Shown here in pieces: positions 1 through 11,834 of a stretch of 64,000 bases of DNA; the stretch's first letter is position 1, and every line of letters begins with the position of its first letter. A model generated the notes under the pieces. That model searched no databases. It saw only the letters and a list, made by a program, of their open reading frames with translations, and was not told where the DNA came from. The stretch covers positions 32,984,001-33,048,000 of the forward strand of contig OX597823.1 in assembly GCA_951406725.2 (NCBI GenBank), written 5' to 3'. The DNA comes from Octopus vulgaris. Its lineage: Eukaryota. The position numbers were made by a program, and so were the translations under genes.

Positions 1-169
1 TTGGAGCCTGGCGCAGCCATCTGGTTCGCTAGTCCTCAGTCATATCGTCCAACCCATGCTAGCATGGAAAGCGGACGTTAAATGAAGATGATGATCAGTG
101 GTGACGAGAGGTCAAAGAACACTGATGGACCATGTAGGAAGGCACAACTACACGCAGTGAAAATTTGAA

Positions 170-398
170 GAAGGATTTAAGTCAGTTCGCTATGTGTTAG
201 TAGAACCACCAGTAAACAGTGTAAAGTGATACTACCTGCAGCATTCTGGAGAGAAAAATAATTGTGTGGAAGAAAGGATAATAATAATACGTCCATGTGA
301 AGGATTTTAGTCAGGTTGCTATATGTCAGTAGTGTTACTGGTAAGCAATGTAGACTGGTACTACCTGCGGCATTCTGGAGAGAAAAATAATTGTGTGT
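170..398. repeat. Diverged tandem duplication, about 130 bp x2
   Basis: aaggattt...tactacctgc.gcattctggagagaaaaataattgtgtg occurs at about 170-268 and 300-398. Confidence 0.8.
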
Positions 399-611
399 GG
401 AAGAAGAAATGAAGAAAAAAATAATGCGGTGTGAAAGAGAAAAAAATCTCAAAACAGAGATGTGGTGGGCACACCCAAGTCAGAAGTGGTCTGTTCCACT
501 ACTGATAAATGGTGGACAGATACTGCAAGCAGTGTCAGTCGGTGAGGTGTCCCGCATGAGCAAGTCATGCAGACAACAAAGTTTCATCATCATAATGCAG
601 GACATATCATT

Positions 612-862
612 CATCATAGTTCCCTATATAACAGGTTCCTTTATATTTATCACAGTTTCTGATATAACAAGTTTCTTTATATTTATCACAGTTCCCTATA
701 TAACAAGTTCCATTATATCTACCACACTTCCCTATATATTCCTTTATGTCTACCACAGTTCCCTATATAACTAGATCCTTTATATTTATCACAGTTACTT
801 AAATGTAACATCTTTTGTATAATGATTATATTAACTATTTCTTTTATATCTACCACAGTTCC
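612..862 (+). repeat. 36-bp minisatellite whose unit matches the CHID1 splice acceptor
   Basis: Unit ttcctttatatttatcacAGttccctatataacaag; AG at 619, 655, 691, (727 mutated), 758 and 794, then the true acceptor at 858. Confidence 0.8.
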
Positions 863-965
863 TCGAATGTTGTTTGATGGTTGGACTGGGGAAGATTATC
901 TTCACTTATTCTCCAGTGAAGATGAAATTGAAGATTGTGTTGAAACTATTTTAAAGTTTATTAAG
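859..965 (+). CDS. CHID1: CHID1 internal exon (VPRMLFDGW...KFIK)
   Basis: ctaccacag|TT acceptor, AAG|gtatgg donor, phase 1 to 0. Confidence 0.9.
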
Positions 966-2711
966 GTATGGCTTACTATCAAGCAGTGCTGTCTTGTTGT
1001 TGATTTTGTAGTTTACTTCCAGATCAGTTTCCATCCAGTATGTCTATGAATAAAGATCTTCAAGCTGTCACCATCCTGTTTTTCATTCAAGCATATTATA
1101 TCTCTACAACTTATCTAATGTGTCTTTTATTTGAACATAGTCTAGGACTACTTATCTAATCTGTCTTCTCTCTTTTTTTAAACCCTTTTCTTTCTGTATT
1201 TCTGCCTTTGTTCCAATTAATTATGAAAATAATAAAGTATATAACAAAATAACTTGATTATTATTAAGTTGATGTTTGGAAAATGAATTAATATGAAATT
1301 TTGATGGAAGGTTTTGATTTAAATTACTTTAAAACCAGTAGTTTGTATCCTAGAAACAAGGGCAATATCAGGTCAGTTCATATCAAAAGGATTAGGATAG
1401 GGTATAATTTGAAGAAGATTAGAGTCCACATAGTTTTCTTCATTGTTGTTGATGTGGTGGTTTAACTACAAGTTAGTTCTCTACCAGCAGATATTTTTAT
1501 TCAGACATCAGCAATTTTAATTATGATACCACTGTATTACTATTAGGGAACAATAAATATTGTCATTGGTCCCATGTTCCCAACAGGCCCAATCCTTGGT
1601 TCACTGTATTTCAGGTGACAGTGACAAAGGTGTGTCTAACTCAATGCAACGGACTTTGTTCTTAATGCACTCTAGTTGCTGGCCCACTGGGCCATGACTT
1701 TTAAAAAAGTATATCAGTTATTACATACACACACACTCAACTTTCCATCCACCTTCCAACCCACCCATTCAATCAGTCACTCAGTCTATAAATAAATAAT
1801 CACTGGCAGTACCTCAGCATGGCCACAGCCACAGGGCTGAAACACATAACAGAATTTCCCAACCAAATGTTTTATTAATAATATAAATGTTGTGCCTATA
1901 ACAGATGAGGTCTTCAGTTTCACTCCATAGTTATAGTTTTTACATACCTGGACCCTTACAAAGTAATATAGATTAATGCCTTTGTTGTTGTTCAGCCATA
2001 GGTGATTGCTGATTAAATAAATCAATGATCAAAGGAATTTCAGCCATCATTACTATCCTTTGTTTTTTTTTTATATGCCTGCTATTTCTAACAGATCAAG
2101 CAACCATATCAATTAACATTGTAATTTGTGTATATACACTCTAAAATTCATTGATCTGTTTTTGTACCCTATTATATGTATTTATGTTGTCCTTGTGGCT
2201 GAAATAAAGGAATCGTTATTCTGCTTTCAATTTAGAATCAAAATTTTCATGGAATAGTCTTGGAGATTTGGTCTCAACTTGGTGGACACCGTAAAACGTA
2301 AGTTATATCTTTTACAAACATTAAGAATTGAATTTCTACAAAAATATTCTGATATAGGTGCAGGAGTGGCTGTGTAGTAAGCAGCTTACTTACAAACCAC
2401 ATGGCACCTTGGGCAAGTGTCTTCTACTATAACCTCAGGCCAACCAAAGCCTTGTGAGTGGATTTGGTAGACAGAAGCTGAAAGAACCCCATCGTATATA
2501 TATATCATCATCATCGTTTAATGTCCGTTTTCCATGCTAGCATGGGTTGGACGGTTCGACTGGGGTCTGGGAAGCCAGGAGGTTGCACCAGGCTCTAGTC
2601 TGAGTGTAGTGGGTGCTTTATACGTGCCAGGGAAGGCTGGCAATGGCCACGATCGGTTGGTGCATCTTGAAATCAGTCTTCAATACTTCATCCCGTGTAT
2701 GTATGTGTGTG

Positions 2712-2746
<35 letters not shown>

Positions 2747-5700
2747 TTATGTGTATACACACTCACACATATTTATGGTGTCTTTATTATTTTTGCAATT
2801 TTCCAGGGATTTGATTCATTTTTTGACCCATATGGGACAGATGTTCCGTGAAGCTGGTCGTGTTCTTATTCTTGTTATACCACCATCTTCTGAATCGGGG
2901 TAAGAATTTTTTTTTTTTTCCTTTTGTACCAATACATGAAAACATGCTTTCAATTTCTGAAAACCATTTAACCATTTTGTATTCCTTTCAAATATTTTAA
3001 ATTTATGTAGAATATTTCCCATTTAGTGAAACAGTTCTATGTATAAAATTCTATAACTCAAATGTGTTTATATTTATTGTAGTGAAATAATATTTTAGTT
3101 GTAATCTCAAATGACTACCAAACTCTTACTTTTGAGACTTTGCTGTGGTCACCTAACATTTTTTTATATATCTTTTATGTATGCAACTCCATTTAATTGA
3201 ACAATGCAATCATTACATCAATTTAAAATGTAGAGCAATCCTCAGCTGCACAAAGACATAAAATTTAATTAAATTAGAATAGATTAATATTAGGGATTAA
3301 TAATGGCATGTTAATTTTGTGTTAGAGAGGCTGTTATAATAACCAATGTTGTTCTATTACAGAACCGAAGGCATGTTCAACAAGAAGGACTTTGATGCTC
3401 TTTCACCTCACATAGATCAATTCAGTTTGATGACATATGACTATTCAAATTCATATAAGTAAGTAACAGTATTTTAATGGGTTCCTGTTATACTTTGTGG
3501 TTATTTTGACACCTTATCACCAAAGTCTTCTTTCCTTTTCCAGCTGGGTTAGCCATGTATCTCCTCCACAATAAGATACCTTATCCTGTTTTTATCATAC
3601 ATTCGTCCATCAATCCCTAACATAAATCACTTCCCTCGATACTATCTCCCCCCTCAATATTACACCTCCCTCAGTACAGCACCCCCATCAATTGAGGGGT
3701 GTTGTCTTGCCAGCTACTTGGTGACACAAAAAAGCACCCAGTCCACTTTGTAAAGTGGTTGGCATTAGGAAGGCCATTGAGCTGTAGAAACCATGCCAAA
3801 GCTATCATTCTGACATGATAGATCCTATCAAACCATTTATCCTATGCCAACATGGAATACAGACAGTAAATGACAATGGTGGTGAAGGCATTTTGCTATC
3901 AGAAATTGTAGCATTTCACTGACTTAGCTGTATTTCTTCATTGTAATGTGGATGGTATAGGCTTTGAAAATTTAGATGTTCATGTAACACCATAGAGTCC
4001 TCATTTGTAGACATGTACAAACCATGGCAGCAGGTAAAAAAAAACATGTGTGAAAAGACAGGCATGGCTGGCTCTGTGGTTAAGAAGCTTGTTTCTCAAA
4101 CATATGGTTTCAGATTCAGTTTCAGTGACATCTTGGACAAGTGTCTTCAACTATGGGTTCTTCCACTCCCACCCCTGATCAAAGCTTTGTGAGTGATTTG
4201 GTTGGTGGAAATTCAAAGTAGCCTATTGTGTGTGGATGACAGCTGATAACAAATGTTACCATTATACAAGCAGTGTCATTTCATCATCATTTAACGTCTG
4301 TTTTCCATGATGGCATGAGTTGGACGGTTTGATTGGGGTCTGGGAAGCCAGGAGGCCGCACCAAGCTCTAGTCTGATCTGGCAATGTTTCTACAGTTGGA
4401 TGCCCGTCCAAGAGTGTAGTGGGTGCTTTTTATGTGCCACCGGCACAGGGGCCAGGGGTGCTGGCAACGACCACGATCAGTTGGTGGTTTTTACGTGCCA
4501 CCAGCACGGAAGCCAGATAGGGCAGCGCTGGCATTGGCCACGTTTGGATTGTGTTTTGTACGTGTTGCTGGCATGGGGATCACAACTACAATTTCCATTT
4601 GATTTTGGTTATGATGTACTTGACTCAACAGGTCTCCTCAAGCATGTCGCCCTCCGATCCAAGGTACTTTTGAGTGAGCTGGTTATGCAACACTGGCATA
4701 TGTTACAGCTGTGAACTCACTTTATTTGCCGGATCTTTTGTCATTGCCTGTGTGAGTCCCAATGTTCGATGGTCATGCTTCACCACCTCATCCCATGTCT
4801 TCCTTGGTCTCCCTCTACTCTGGATTCCTTCCACTGTTGTGGATGGATGGTGTCAAATATTGGTAGTGCATGATGTCTGTGGTGGAGAAAGACTGAGAAA
4901 ATATGGGGCAAAAGTAATGAAAAATTGCAAGATCAGATGGGACATTTATATGCAGTTTTGCAGATCTGACTTCCCTCATTTTAGGACAGAAACTCAGACA
5001 TTAAAAGATGTTGATGATGGTGATGGCATTCTGTTATATAGCAATGATTAACATGAACCTATTAATAACTTAATTTAAATAAACTGAAGATAAAGTAAGA
5101 GAGGAATAAGATAATTTACACTGTCTCTTAGTCTCTCTCCATTTCTTTCCACACAAATATATATATATATAAATATAAATAGGTGCAGAGTGGCTGTGTG
5201 ATAAGTAGCTTGCTTACCAACCACATCGTTCTGGGTTTAGTCCCATTGCGTGGCACCTTGAGCCTCTTCTATAGCCTCAGGTCAACCAAAGCCATGTGAG
5301 TGGATTTGGTAGACAGAAACTGAAAGAAGCCCGTCATACATATATATATATATGTGTGTGTGTCTGTTTGTCCCCCCATCATCGCTTGACAACCAATGCA
5401 GGTGCCTTTATGTCCCCGTAACTTAGCAGTTTGGCAAAAGAGACCAATAGAATAAGTACTAGGTTTGCAATGAATAAGTCCTGGGGTTGATTTGTTCGAC
5501 TAAAGTCACGTGACAAAGAAGTAAAAGAATATATATATATATGTATACACACTGTCATTGTCATTTTAATGTCTCTTTTTCCATGCTTACAAGTCTCAAC
5601 TAAGGATATGTTGGACCAGATGCCCTTGATTACTCCAACACCCACCTTTTTCCAATTAAGAACTAGAGAGAACCAACACTATTTGAGAATGAGTGTTTTG

Positions 5701-8700
5701 CTTACAAAACTCTTGCAACATCTTGAGAAGCTTGAACATGCTAAGTGGACTGCAAACTGTTGACACTTAGTGAGGCCCTTGTTTATGATTAGCAAAAACA
5801 TGTGAAGATGAGGAGAAATAGAAATTCACTCGCATGTGGCAAGTTTCTTTCATGATCCTGAAAACTAAATCCACTCCACATGGGGCCAACACAGCAGAAC
5901 TGAACCCAAAACCATTCTGTTTTGACTACACAATCACATGTGCACCTATAACATACCTGTGCCTATGTTGTTATACACACACACAAGCATTTATATAAAT
6001 ATTTGTATATATGTATCTAAAATATAGACACTCAATCATATTCATCTCTCGGTCTGTTTTTATATATTTAGTTTGCATTCAAATTTCAAAATGTCGCATT
6101 GTTTAGTTAACACAAATTTTTACATTTTATTTTAATTATTCACAGACCTGGTCCAAACAGCCCTCTTGCTTGGATGAAAATGTGTGTTGAGAATTTGGTA
6201 CCGTTATTAAATACAACATTAAGAAAGAAAATCTTACTTGGATTCAATTTCTATGGTTATGATTTTGTTCCTGGATCCGGAGACCCAATTATTGGAAACA
6301 AGTTAGTATTAAGATATTTCATATCCAAGTTAAGAAGGAACCAGAGAGTCAATAGCCAAGCATGGCTACAACCTACACTAGTTGAAGACCGTATCACACT
6401 CTGTAGTCTGTTCATGTTTATTTGTCAGTCATCTTCAAGTGGTATTTCTGTACAGTCTGATGAGTCATTGATGAAAAAACACATTACAATTTTAAAATAG
6501 TAAAAATATTCTTAAAGGCATGTCTTAGTAGAGTTAAAGTGTTGCAGTCACAATTGTCCGATCATGATTTCGATGCCAGGACTGGGTGGTGCGTTGTGTT
6601 CATGAGCAAAAACACTTCATTTTTATGTTGCGCCAGCCCTCTCAGTTGCAAATGAAAAAAACTTGTGACTAACTTGTATCTTATTCAGGGGTAATGTTGT
6701 GGTCTTGGTCACCTATGGAAACTAGGTGGCGGCCGTAGAAGTCATAGGACTCAAAGCAACTCTTTTACATTACTTACTTACTTCCCAGGAGCTCGGTTAG
6801 GAATGCATGCACCAGGTTTCAGAGCTGTCTTCAGGCATGATGGAAGCTGAAGACAGCTACTTTGAATAAACTTATCTTCCAGCCACAAGCTAGTTGATAT
6901 TTTTTGATTTTCTCAATTTTTTAAAATTTTGGGATGGAATACTGTGTTTTTCTTTTCTTTTTATGCAAGCTATCAAACTTAGCCCAATCACCCAGTATAT
7001 GATATCACTATATGTCATTCTAATATGTATTGATATGGTAACAATGTATATCAGTATGATAATATATTTCAATATGATTACACTATTGGTTAATATACTG
7101 TAACAATATATATGGATATGATTTTATATATATATATAAAAATGGTAAGACAACAAAAGAATGAAAGAGACCTCGATATTATGTAAATAGAGGAATTTAT
7201 CTATAAATGTAATATGTGACAAATTATTCGGTAGCCATGATAAAACTCTGAGTTTCGGATGCTGAGGTGGAAATCCAAGCCGCCATCTCTTCAGTTATCC
7301 AGCCATTGGAAAAATACTCTTTTTTTCCGATGACCGGATAACTGAAGAGAAGGCAGTGTGGATTTCCACCTCAGCATCCGAAACTCAGGGTTTTATCATG
7401 GCTACCGAATAATTTGTCACATATTACATTTACAGATATATATATGTCATTCAGATTTACAGAAAATAAAAGATGACGACAGTTGTAGGAACAAGCAGGT
7501 GTATTAGTTAAACGCTTGGGAAGAATGGAAAAGTTTTTTATATTTTGAGTCTATGCTCTTTGATGGAAAGAATTAAGAGTTGGATTGAAATATTTATTTT
7601 GTGAAAATTTACAAAATTATTTCTTGTCTTTAATTTCAGATATATTGAAATCTTAAAAAAACATAAACCTGAAATGAAATGGGACAAAAACAGTTTTGAA
7701 CATACAATACAATACAAGTAAGTATACTGTAAGGGTACGTAGTAGGTACTCCTCAACATAATCACTACCATTTTATGTTTGCATTTTTCATGCCTGCATA
7801 GGTTGGATGACTTCCTTCTAACACAGCATCTCACCATATGTCACATTCCTGTGAGGTATGAGACCAGCTTTGACCATTGCAGTGTGAGGCTTAATCAGAT
7901 TGATCCGGTACCTGTTGCTGGTTGCAGTGAGGACTAAAGCAGCACATTATACACAAATCATTATCATTATCATCAATATCATTTAACATTTACTTGTTCA
8001 GGCTTGCATGGGTCAGAGAGAACTTGTTAAAGCAGATTCTCTATGGCCAAATGCCCTTTGTGTTGCCAGCCCTCACCTGTCTTCAAGCAAATAAATTTCC
8101 TCCATGGCCAAACAGGTTTTCAAGGCAAACTGGAAATGAACACCACTGCTTGTATGACAAGGATGCTTGTTTACAATCATCATATGATGTCTAGGCAAGG
8201 GTACACACACACAGAGAGGTTTCTTTCAGTTTCTGTCTATCAAATCCACTCACAAGGCTTTGGTCAGTCCAGGACTTATAAAGGAGAAGATACTTGTCCA
8301 AGGTGCCATGCAGAGGGACTGAACTTGAAACTTCATGATTGAGAAGCAAACTTCTTAACCACATGGCCATGCTATCATCTAACATACAATATAAGTCAGT
8401 TTCAACTATTTAGAGATGATGATGACGGTGGTGGTAGTGAGAGAAAGAAGAGAGAGGCTGACGGATTTGTGTGGATGCAATGAGTTGTTTGGTTAAGAGG
8501 AGAAAGTGCTGTAGTAGTGTTGGTAGTGGTGGTGGTGGCGGCAGCAGCAGTGACACAGTATGTCTCTGGTAGTGATTGTGAAGTGTTGATCAGTAATGAT
8601 TTCCTAATCGAGTGGATGTGGTCTAGGATGTGTGTTTATAGTAGCTGACCCTTTGGATATTTAATTCGAAGCAACCACCAAGTATTAAAGATTAATATGG

Positions 8701-9428
8701 CACTTTAAATGTTATTTATACAAATGAGAAAATTATGATAGTAATGCCTTTGTTCAATCCTGATGACAATGGCTTGCCCCAAGGTGGTGAACGTTAAATC
8801 AGCTGGCAAACAGCGAGGAAAGGTCAAACAGATGCTACTGGCACATGGACACACATACCACGCAAATGCTAATGGTGTGTACACATAATCCCAACTCTCA
8901 AACACACAGCTAATTGTCATCTGCATATGTGCACGTGCATGCCAACAGTGCTTGGTTGAATCTCTCTCTCTCTCTCAAACACACTTATCATCCTCTTAAC
9001 ACTTTAAAATAATAGATGGTAGGTAAATAGATAGAGGTGTGCATTTGTGCCAGTAGCATTCATTTGAATCTCTTTCTCTCTCCCTTTCTCTTGCTGTTGT
9101 GTACATACTTCTTCCCTATTCCACAGTGTGACAAATTGTTGTCAACAGAGGAAGCTGTTGTTTGTAATATAATAGATGTTAGGTAGCTGCAAAATGTCTT
9201 CAGCGCTTGTGTGGCCTGGCATCTGTAGACTTTACCATTGCTACTTCTGTTGTTAATAATAATCTTTCTGGTTACTAATGTTTCAGGACTGGAATTGGTC
9301 AACATATCGTCTACTATCCAACATTGATGTCAATACAAGCCCGGCTGGAACTAGCAGAATATTTACATACAGGCATTTCTATCTGGGAGATTGGACAAGG
9401 GTTGGATTATTTTTACGATCTGCTGTAA
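859..9428 (+). CDS. CHID1: Chitinase domain-containing protein 1 (GH18-like, SI-CLP), 3' part; join(859-965,2236-2297,2807-2899,3363-3458,6146-6301,7640-7717,9287-9428); 5' exons lie before the window
   Basis: Spliced translation [14 protein letters not shown]...SEDEIE...[14 protein letters not shown]...[10 protein letters not shown]...LILVIPP...FSLMTYDYS...PGPNSPLAW...[13 protein letters not shown]...[15 protein letters not shown]...[17 protein letters not shown] follows the CHID1 family motifs as I recall them ([51 protein letters not shown]). All introns are GT-AG with compatible phases. Confidence 0.95.
1181..1394. mobile_element. Degenerate copy of the TTAA/piggyBac-type MITE
   Basis: Same internal sequence as 54854-55074; ends cccttt...aaaggattag. 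Confidence 0.55.
2236..2297 (+). CDS. CHID1: CHID1 internal exon ([20 protein letters not shown])
   Basis: tttag|AAT, AC|gtaagt; carries the degenerate GH18 DxxDxDxE strand. Confidence 0.9.
2357..2500 (+). mobile_element. tRNA-derived SINE, family A (partial)
   Basis: ggtgcaggagtggctgtg...ggcaccttgggcaagtgtcttctactata...gtgagtggatttggtagac; more than 10 copies in the window. Confidence 0.8.
2807..2899 (+). CDS. CHID1: CHID1 internal exon ([10 protein letters not shown]...IPPSSES)
   Basis: ttccag|G, GG|gtaag, phase 2-2. Confidence 0.9.
3363..3458 (+). CDS. CHID1: CHID1 internal exon ([13 protein letters not shown]...[12 protein letters not shown])
   Basis: ttacag|A, AA|gtaagt, phase 2-2; GH18 MTYDY motif. 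Confidence 0.92.
4280..4840 (-). mobile_element. 5'-truncated RTE-clade LINE 3' end with (GAT)n tail (family C)
   Basis: The minus strand at about 4820-4730 reads [27 protein letters not shown], typical of an RTE ORF C-terminus. The same 3' UTR recurs at 1-95, 2506-2670, 14660-14870, 24887-25135, 25445-25848, 42075-42310 and 55875-56390. Confidence 0.8.
5181..5520 (+). mobile_element. tRNA-derived SINE, family A
   Basis: A-box-like tggctgtgtgataag, B-box-like gggtttagtccc, central (TA)/(TG) tract, 3' half ...gtccccgtaacttagcagtttggcaaaagagacc. Confidence 0.8.
6146..6301 (+). CDS. CHID1: CHID1 internal exon (PGPNSPLAW...[13 protein letters not shown]...PIIGN)
   Basis: ttcacag|A, AA|gttagt, phase 2-2. 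Confidence 0.92.
7198..7438. repeat. Near-perfect long inverted repeat (hairpin/MITE-like element)
   Basis: Arms about 7198-7314 and 7320-7438 are reverse complements with few mismatches; loop about 5 nt; flanked by TA runs. Confidence 0.9.
7640..7717 (+). CDS. CHID1: CHID1 internal exon ([25 protein letters not shown])
   Basis: tttcag|A, AA|gtaagt, phase 2-2. Confidence 0.9.
8205..8372 (-). mobile_element. SINE family A, inverted copy
   Basis: tttcagtttctgtctatcaaatccactcacaaggctttggtc...cttcttaaccaca. Confidence 0.75.
9287..9428 (+). CDS. CHID1: CHID1 terminal coding exon ([13 protein letters not shown]...[11 protein letters not shown])
   Basis: tttcag|G acceptor, TAA at 9426-9428; conserved C-terminus. 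Confidence 0.95.
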
Positions 9429-9601
9429 CTGCTCTGTCATTCCTGCTGTTAAATATTGAACTTTGAATGTAAAATTCCAATTATGAAATACTTAAAATGT
9501 TAAAAAAAACTTAAAAACTCAACTGAAATATTGTTATAAACTGAACGTGTTTCACTTGATTCCAATAATACCAGACATTTGGTCTGCACTGATCTCACAG
9601 A

Positions 9602-9607
9602 AATAAA
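9602..9607 (+). promoter_or_regulatory. Candidate polyadenylation signal of CHID1
   Basis: AATAAA about 175 nt after the stop; other AATAAA hexamers lie further on. Confidence 0.4.
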
Positions 9608-11559
9608 TCTAAATAAGAAAAAAAAAAACACAGAAAGGAAAATTCTTTTTAAAAAAGGCTGAAGATTTCAACATATACAGATTTTTTTTCTTTTGTTACA
9701 AATGTCTTCGGAAGAAAACGAATTAAAATTATTGGTTAAAAAAAAAAAGAGAATGAAAGGAAGCTAGATTTAGTCAAATTTTATTGAAGAAAGTGAAAAG
9801 AATTAGCTGTAATTGTTTTTACTTCCACATTTTTTTCCATCCATTCCACTGTCTTTTTCAAATCCAAAAGTTTCACAGGGTTTGAATTAAAAAAAGATTA
9901 TATATATAATATATAAATATATTTACTTTCAAAGAAAATTATTTCTGAATGATCTTTTATTTTCTTTTTCACTATTTGTGACATTCCTTTCTAGAAAGAT
10001 GCCTAAAGATAAGCTCTATAGACATCAAAAATTGTTCTAATTGGAACAATCATTTTTTTTTTAAGAAATGTGATATCAAGACAATTACTGTTTTTTTTTT
10101 AAATTTATTTTTTGGCCACCCTTGTCCAAAGAAACTCTCTATATATGCACCAAGTTAACTTCGTATAAAACTATTTGTCAATCAGTATTAAAGTTTTTTT
10201 TTCCCTGATGGCAAAAAATAAAAATCCTATTTCAGTCCACACTATTTGTGTTTATTTCATTCTAAAAACTGTTTCTGATATATTTCTAAAATGAATTCCA
10301 GTGAATTTTTTGAAAGTTTCCATCAAAATTAATTAGTAAAACTCCACTTACATCAAAGTCATCAAGGCACCAATATTGAGACGAGTTTTCCATTACAAAT
10401 GTTTATGCTTTTTGCTTGATATTTTATTGGTCAGTAAAATGGTCATTACTAGAACTGTAACCATTATACAATGCTTTCAGTGGCTGTCAAATGTGAAAAC
10501 AATGGCAACAATATTTGCAGTGTGTCATGAACTGGAAAATATTGCCCCAGTTAATAACCGGGTTTGTTATTAGAACAGAAATCACAATTTGAATAACTTT
10601 TACTGCTGTCCGTGGTAGTAATAAACTAGTCCTTTACATAACAAGCTAGCATGAACCAGCAGTGGTATTATTCCATACATCAGTCGACATTTTTCACTTG
10701 CATTGTCATCTTAATACTCAGGCATTTAAAAATGCTATGTTTTTAATTTACAAAACCTAATTACAGTCAAAGAAAGAGCAGGAGATTAATAGATGTTTTT
10801 ACCATCCAAAGACCCAGTATTCAGTCATAGCAGCTTTTAATGATAAACAGCTTCAATGCAAACTATTTTACTAACTTCTAAAATATTGTTTTGAAAATTA
10901 ATGTTATATAGTATACTTTTTTTTTTTAGATTTGTGTTTAGCAGGGTTAGATATTGTTTGTTATGACAGTCTCTGTTAGGGACTAAAACCTTCACCCATG
11001 ATAAATGCTTCTAGTAATTGTAACTTTGTTAGATTAACATATTGAGAACCAGGTTTACAATTAGGAAAAGGCACAGATATGGTTGTGTGTGATGAGCTTC
11101 TTTCAGTTTGCATCTGCCAAATTCATTCAGAAGTCTTTGATCAGCTTGGGGTTATTGTAGAAGATTTGCTTCAAGGTACCCTGTAATGGGACTGAACCCA
11201 AAACTACATGGTTGGGAAACCAACTTAACCATGGAGCCATGTTTCTGTCTATATAAATGTGTTTGTTTGAATGTCACTAACTACAAACAATGTTGCCATT
11301 AATAAATTGTTCACTTTGTTCCTTTGAAGCTTTGTAGAATAAGAGATTTTTTACTTGAAAAACAGATTAGGGTTAGTGACAGGAAGGGCATCTAGCTGAA
11401 AAATAATCCCTCAATAATATATTCATCTAACCCATGCTAGCATAGAAAAAGGGCAACAAAATGAATGAACAAATAATACCAATAGATGTATAAAATTGCA
11501 AACCTTGTGTCAGCTGTCCAATCTTTAAACCACTCTGTTACAAATGTTTATTTAATGTA

Positions 11560-11834
11560 TTACATAAGTACACATCGGTCCTTCAAACGCAGCACTTGAC
11601 GGTTATGGGGCCTTTTCCCATTCCACACTCCAATATTTCGGCATTCTGTCACAATAAACTCATCGACTTTAACACCATAAAAGACATCATTTAAATCGAG
11701 GCTGAGCCGAGATGACATGTCAAATGGAGAAGGGATGTGGATTGCTCGGCTGATCTCTTCTTTGAACAGAGTCCAGTCAAAGGCCCCTCCCAAGTAGTTA
11801 CGGGTCACTAGTTCAAGATGGACCTGAGGTAAAG
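11560..11834 (-). CDS. Uncharacterised CaaX gene, terminal exon ([10 protein letters not shown]...KDRCVLM*)
   Basis: tttgttttcag|CT acceptor, TAA at 11562-11560, AATAAA at 11552-11547. Confidence 0.82.

Noticed and set aside
391-774. 127-aa ORF upstream of the CHID1 exon
   Set aside because: It runs through two tandem repeats within an intron and has no CHID1 similarity
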